From positions 49,106,001-49,170,000 of the forward strand of contig OZ076409.1 in NCBI GenBank assembly GCA_964187785.1: a DNA stretch of 64,000 bases. Reading direction: 5' to 3'. Made by a program: the position numbers and the translations under genes. The number at the start of each line of letters is the position of its first letter. Within the stretch, counting starts at the first letter, position 1. Under the pieces are notes generated by a model. It ran no database searches and was not told the origin of the DNA. It saw only the letters and a list, made by a program, of their open reading frames with translations. Shown here in pieces: positions 58,104 to 64,000 of the stretch. Source of the DNA: Amphiscolops sp. MND2022. Its lineage: Eukaryota.

Positions 58104-58382
58104 ATGAGTGGAGGTCGTTTATCCAGTGCGCTAAACGTGGTGACGAGCAGCAAAGCAGGCACCCCCTCCTCCACGTCATCCTTGGGGTTAGGAGGTTCCG
58201 GTGAGTGGACATGGAAACACATTGCACTGGGGGCCGTAGGGATCCTCGTGGTGGGAATCAGTTCTTACGGGGTCTACTCATTCTTCGTCAAGTCCAGTGA
58301 TAGTGGGAGAAAAACCAAGTCAAAGGCTTCCTCTGCTCCTTCCAAAGCTGGTACAGAGTCTGGGTCCGAGTCCTCTTCTAAA
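58104..58382 (+). CDS. Probable first coding exon of a signal-anchored membrane protein (TOM70-like N-terminus, unconfirmed)
   Basis: ATG, Gly/Ser-rich leader, hydrophobic segment IALGAVGILVVGISSYGVYSFFV, basic stretch, strong donor GTGAGT at 58383, and raised GC content. Confidence 0.5.
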
Positions 58383-58842
58383 GTGAGTTTCCATAGAGCG
58401 TTTGTGTCATCTCATAGGCTTAACAACGCTGTGATATTGAATCAAGTTTTGTCATCCTGGGTGCTTGGCCTAATTCAGAAAAATTCAATCATTGGTAGGA
58501 TTTTGCAAGATCCTTATCATGAATACATTCTTCGAAAGATAATGCAAGGAAATGAAATCCTTGCAATATGTTACAAGTGAAATTCCTTCCAAGATATTTC
58601 AAGTAAATTGATTCTTCAGTCAGCAGTCAGATTCTTGCAAGGTCTGAGCTAAATCTAACCGGCAAAACCACGATTGAACGGAAACGTGCATTTGATGAGA
58701 CAAAATTATGAGCTGATATTGGCTTTACACTACCCTTATACTCCAATAAAACCAATCCTCTAACCAAAAATGACCGCTGTAAGTTCATTCCAAGTCAGTC
58801 CTATGGTCAGATCATTAGAGCAGAGGCATGGAAGACACTTGT

Positions 58843-59698
58843 TTAGGGAAGAAAATGCACGACTTTTACAGTGGCTAGTTTTTTTCGTCAGTTCAACGCG
58901 ATCGGTCCACTTTTTTGTTCATTTGTTCAACATCATCAACTTGAACTACGGACCTCCAAAACATACTCGAAACGCCAGAACCTCGTCCAAAACAAAAACA
59001 TCGACGTCCAGAACCTCGAAAACATAGGATCCCTCCTTAGGTGTTTTTCAGTCGGATTTTTTTGGCACTATGCGACTTTTTTTGAAGTATTTTGGATTTC
59101 ACCAAAGGGTCTCCCCTTCGTTTGTGTCGATATTTTGCAACACAATGGATGTCAAAAATCCCAAAGGGGTCCCCCTTTTACATTTTTCGGCACTGTGACA
59201 CTGTTCAAAAATCTCATTTTAAAATTTTTTATCGGAAATTTTTTAAAATCTCTCAAGGGTCCCCCTTTAATTTTTTCATATTTTGCAACCTACTGGAGTT
59301 TCAGAAAGCCCAAAGGCTCCCCCCTTTTACAATTTTGAGCCGTAGATATAGCGCCGACTTAGGCCGTTCCCGACTTGTTACAATCTACTAGCATAACTTC
59401 AAAACTGTTCTAAAGACTCTTGCTTTTCAATTTTACACATCATTATGGATATATGAAAATAAAGAGCGAAGGGTTCCCCTTCGAATTTTTTTCGGCACTG
59501 TGCGACTTTTTCGAAGAATGTGAGAAATCACAAAAGGGTTTCCCATTTGTTTTTGTGTGACAAAAAGGCTTTTTGAAGCCAAAGGGCTTCCCTCGTTTTT
59601 TAGCACTGTAAGATTTTTCAGAGATTCCATTGAAAAAGCTTTTTATCGTATTTAAAAACATCGTGCCTTTTGAGCCTTAACCGGTCCCCCTCTTGTTT
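58843..59698 (+). mobile_element. Two HINE copies (58843-59379, ~59460-59698)
   Basis: CGACTTTTACAGTGGCTAG start block, AAGGG(G/T)CCCC repeats, and GCGCCGACTTAGGCCGTTCCCGACTTGTT end. Confidence 0.7.
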
Positions 59699-61592
59699 GC
59701 ATATCACTCTAACGATGCTTTTATATTTCATGACTTCGGCTCTGCACGAAATATCACCTCTTCAAAACCCATTTAGTGGAAATGCGTTTTAATCAATCAG
59801 ATTTTGCTATCCAATTTGGCATCTTAAATCAATTGGCGATCTTAAATCAATGTATGCTCTTAGAAATTCATCTAGTGAATAATGATATTGGTTTCGAGTG
59901 AACTCCAAATCTTCGATGAATCACGCACAATTTATCACGTCAATTTAAGGCTCGCAAAAAGTTTTAAAATTCATTCACTTCGAAAGGAGGTGCGTTTGAA
60001 AATTGGCTGGTTCAGCAAGTGTTTTACGACTTAACTATTTGACGTTTACGCAACTTGTGTTCTTGCGTTGAATTGGTATGATGGTCGTCGAATTATCACA
60101 ATATAAGCTCGACTGACCTCGCCGCTCATTTATGCAGACATTTGCCATTTTAAGCAAACGCTTTATTGAGTTATAATTCTGGTTACGCGCATTATTATAA
60201 GTAGAATTTGCGTTTGCGTAAATGATAGGACTTTGCAACAAATGTTTACAGCTACAAGAAATATCTATCAGAGTTTTGTTTATATCTTGACTAGTGCCTT
60301 GCTTGGGAGATACCCCCACAGTCAAATTTGAACGAAATGCGCGTTTGCATGCTTGAAGTCGAAATATTTCTGTCGGTCAACAATTGTTCCTGGAAAAGAG
60401 CATCTACTTGGCTTTCAAATGGGTGTCGCTCGGGATTGCTGCGCAGCGTCAAATTGTCCTCGAAGGAAAAAGACCCAGTCACACAACCCGTTTTGGTTTA
60501 AGTTTTTAATGAAATAATGTTGCTTTTTTTCATTTTGGTACTCATTCAAGCAATCACCATTTTTATCGATTTTTATGCAGTCTATAGATTTGAACGATTT
60601 CGTTTTTCCCATCTCAAGCTGTCTACGAAAACTTTGCGCCAGAAAACTTGGTATTATATCGCATCAGCAAAAAAAATCAAACACCCTCGACATACAAGGT
60701 CGTCAAAAATGGTCAAATGGTTAATTTTGTTGAGATGATTAATAGCGAGCGATTTATGTCAATTAAATGTCGTTTGATGTCATCATGAATAGACTAAAAT
60801 TTTTCTTTTGAAAAACTAACAAAAGGAACTCCCTAATGGCAGAACTATTTCGACTACTACCAGTGAAACTGATCAATCCTGATATTTCCTTCTATCAATT
60901 TTAATTATTTGGGTTATGTTGCCTCAACTGGCGATGCCCAATGATTTTCCTCCATCACCACACAAGAAGTGTGACGAGTTCGGAGGGGAGCTGAATGTCC
61001 TTATAGCTTCCTACGAGGACTACTGTGGTCTAGTCGACGAGATAGAGCGTCTCACTGGTGGATATTTCACCTTCATTTTCAAAATATCCTCTCCAGAGTT
61101 ATCCAACGCCAAAACGGACGCCATGGAAACTCTTGCCCACATCTTGTTATTTTTCCAGGCTCATAGGCAATTAGTTAATAGCAATGATAAACTCCCCGAA
61201 ATAGTGGAGACTCTGCAAGCTGACATTGTGGGTGCGAATGAAAACATTTACCTTACTGTTGGGTTTTTCAGAAGAATGCAACGTGAACTATTGTCTGTTG
61301 TTCAGATTCTGTGTAAAAATAGTGCTCATAATATGGATTTAAAATCCACACCTTAATTTTATATGATCAGATAGATTAGATATTTTCGTAGCAATTATAA
61401 TTTTCTATATTTGAAGCGCTAATTTTCTCAACTTGAGCAAAGTAATAAATCGTTTGACGAAGCTCTGAGAATGAGTTTGATAATTTTTGAATTGAGGATT
61501 TTGATGTCTATCTTCACGACCATAGAAAAGTGTGACTTTTAAGTGAATTCTGTTTGTAGCTAACAATTTTTAATAGTTATTAAATGAAAGCG

Positions 61593-64000
61593 TGTTACAT
61601 TCTTGACCCGCAAGCAGTCGCATTGGCAGCATGTTTTCCTTTGGGTTTTTGATATAGGGGCGCCAATAACGTCTAAAACCCGATGTAGAGGGAATTAGCT
61701 TGACTTGGTGTTGAAGCATGATTAGAACAGAAGATGAAATGAAACAATAAAATCAAGCGTGAAATTTCTAAAGATTCAAATTTCAAACTAGGCATGCTAA
61801 CATTCACATGCAAACATGTACACGTCATTGTTATCATAATTGGTTCATACTTTATTCTTGTTCCCCACAATTTCCGTCACTTTAGTAAAAATCAGTCGAG
61901 TTAAAACTTCAACTTGCTCTCCCACTTTTCAACGAATTAGATTCATTCTAGTTTAAACTTTCAACAAATTAGATTGATTCTAATTTACAACTTCCAACAA
62001 ATTAGATTGATTCTAGCTTACAACTCACGGACCATTTTTGGTACCGTGTCAACCCGCAAAAAACCAAAACTGTTACTCAGAATGTCGGCAAAATACGTCG
62101 ACAAAACTTTTGACCAATTGAAGCCGTCAACATCCGCAATGCTTTGTGTGATTATCAAACTTAGCAACGAAGCCCAACCACTTTTCAAAAAAGAGAAAAG
62201 CAACTTGCTAGATTACATTGAGTTGCTGCGTTACTGGGAAAAGCTTGAAACCAAGGTTGAGGGAATTGCTCGTCTGAATGCGGCAATTGTCCAAGTTACA
62301 CCAGACAACGATGCGGATATGGAAAAGAGCTTGATGCAGAAAATCTTGAAAAGGTTGTACCCTTCTTAAAGCAGTCAGTCGCATTTTGGAAAAATTCGAA
62401 GAAACTGATGCGGCATCGCTAGCCTCCTTCAAAAGTCAACCAACGTCACATCAAATGGTCACAGCAGCCATATCAAGATGCCCAAATTGAACTTGCCGAA
62501 ATTCAATGGCGAATACAAGAAATGTATTCCGTTTCATGAGCAATTTACAGCCTCAGTTGATGAAAATTCCAACATTCCAGCAATTCAAAAATTCAATTAT
62601 CTGAAAGCCTATATTACTGAAGAAGCTCTTCAATTAGTTGCTCACTTGCTATTATCAAAATCTATCCAATTGCCTTGAAGTCACTCGTTGATCGCTATAA
62701 CAAATCTTGATTCATTCTCAACAATCATCCGGATGTTATTTTCGGTTTGTAGCCGATGAAAGGCGACTCTGCATCTGATTAACTCAAATTGTTTGTCACC
62801 TTTGAGAAAAATTTGATGGCAGTCAAGGCTCTAGAATTCGGAGATATCTTCGAAGACTTCATTTGGGTACGAATGATTGCAGAAAGGTTGGATCAAGGTT
62901 CGAGGGTTATTTGGTAAAACGATTACCCTGGGACGAAACGACAAACCTTGAAGCAGCTACGAGAATTTACCGTCAGAAGAGCTCAAGATCTTGAATCAGC
63001 CACACAATCAACTTACAAGACTTCAGAAGGTTTACATCACAAAGGTAATTTTCAGAAATCCCAAAATACTCAAAACTACAAGGCCAGTGTAAAAAATTGT
63101 CCCTGTTCGGAAAATAATAAATTTTATACGTGCAAGAAATTCCTTGACATGAGTTCTAAGGACCGGAAAAGTCCTAATTGTACATTGAAACTCTGCTTCA
63201 TTTGTTTGAATTCTGGTCACAGCACTAAGGATTACTATTCGAAGAGACATGCAAAACATGCCATTCAAATTACAACAAGTTGTTACACTTACCTGATGCA
63301 CCAAATGGAGCTGGTCACAGCAGTAAGGATTACAATTCGAAGCATACATACAAGACATGCCATTCTAAACACAACACGTTGTTATACTTACCTGATGCAC
63401 CAAACAGAGCTGATTCCGGTTCACTTACCACACCAGATGAATACTGGAATTGCTCCTGGCATCGTGCCTACCGCAAAGGTTCCCGCTGGAGATGATTCTT
63501 CAAAGTTCATGTGCCGAGCCATGATCGACACAGGATCACAGATCAAGTTTGATCTCAGAGTCCGCAGTGCAGCGGATGAATTTGAAACGGCATGAACGGA
63601 CACTTACCATCAATGGAATTGGAAATGTGTACAAAACCTATCGTTCCGGTAGTGTTGGTTAACGATTAAAACCACTTTCTGGGCCAAGTGTCAACACCAA
63701 AGTTTTATCCGAACGTGAATTCATCATTGCCAAATGATTTCATCTGAGGTCTGTGGATTGAGCAGACCCCGAATTCAATGAACCCGGAAACGTGGAAATG
63801 ATTTTGGGTTCTGATGTTGCAGAGCAAGTTTTAGTTGATTACAAATTTACAGACAATGGTCTTCATTTCAGAAATACTTTCTTGGACTGGACTCCATCTG
63901 GTGTTACAAGAGCATCGATTAAACGTGGTTACCACTTCACTTTGCATCACCACTTCCATCAACCTGAAACCTTTTTGGGAGCTTAAGGAAGTCCCTGAAT
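61593..64000 (+). mobile_element. Decayed BEL/Pao retrotransposon (putative 5' LTR 61593-62034, PBS, gag, protease), running off the window
   Basis: TGTT...CA then TTTTTGGTACCGTG (PBS-like, 62039-62048); gag PKLNLPKFNG...QKFNYLK; CFICLNSGH; protease MIDTGSQ; ADPEF..PG.VEMILGSD. Confidence 0.85.

Overview
This is a eukaryotic (animal, invertebrate-like) genomic window; the species cannot be determined from the sequence. Bases 1-24.7 kb are a dense nest of decayed transposons: Gypsy, BEL/Pao, Copia, two CRE-like RLE retrotransposons, three APE-type LINEs and several non-autonomous DNA elements, with a 200-N gap at 19691-19890. Next come two candidate box C/D snoRNAs (~24.9 and ~25.2 kb) and a 10-exon tau-tubulin kinase (TTBK/Asator-like) gene on + (25678-35467, 1668 aa as modelled by hand). 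Bases 36-58 kb are intergenic and hold many Helentron/DINE-1-like non-autonomous elements, hAT and Tc1/mariner MITEs, a ~200-bp tandem repeat, a long palindrome and a near-identical 3463-bp tandem duplication. A probable first coding exon with a signal-anchor (TOM70-like, uncertain) starts at 58104, and a decayed BEL/Pao element runs off the end. The most unusual signal is a family of insertions with 9-bp target-site duplications (TSDs) that share a conserved hairpin-rich central core but carry different terminal repeat arrays, the reverse of the usual MITE pattern. All alignments were done by eye.
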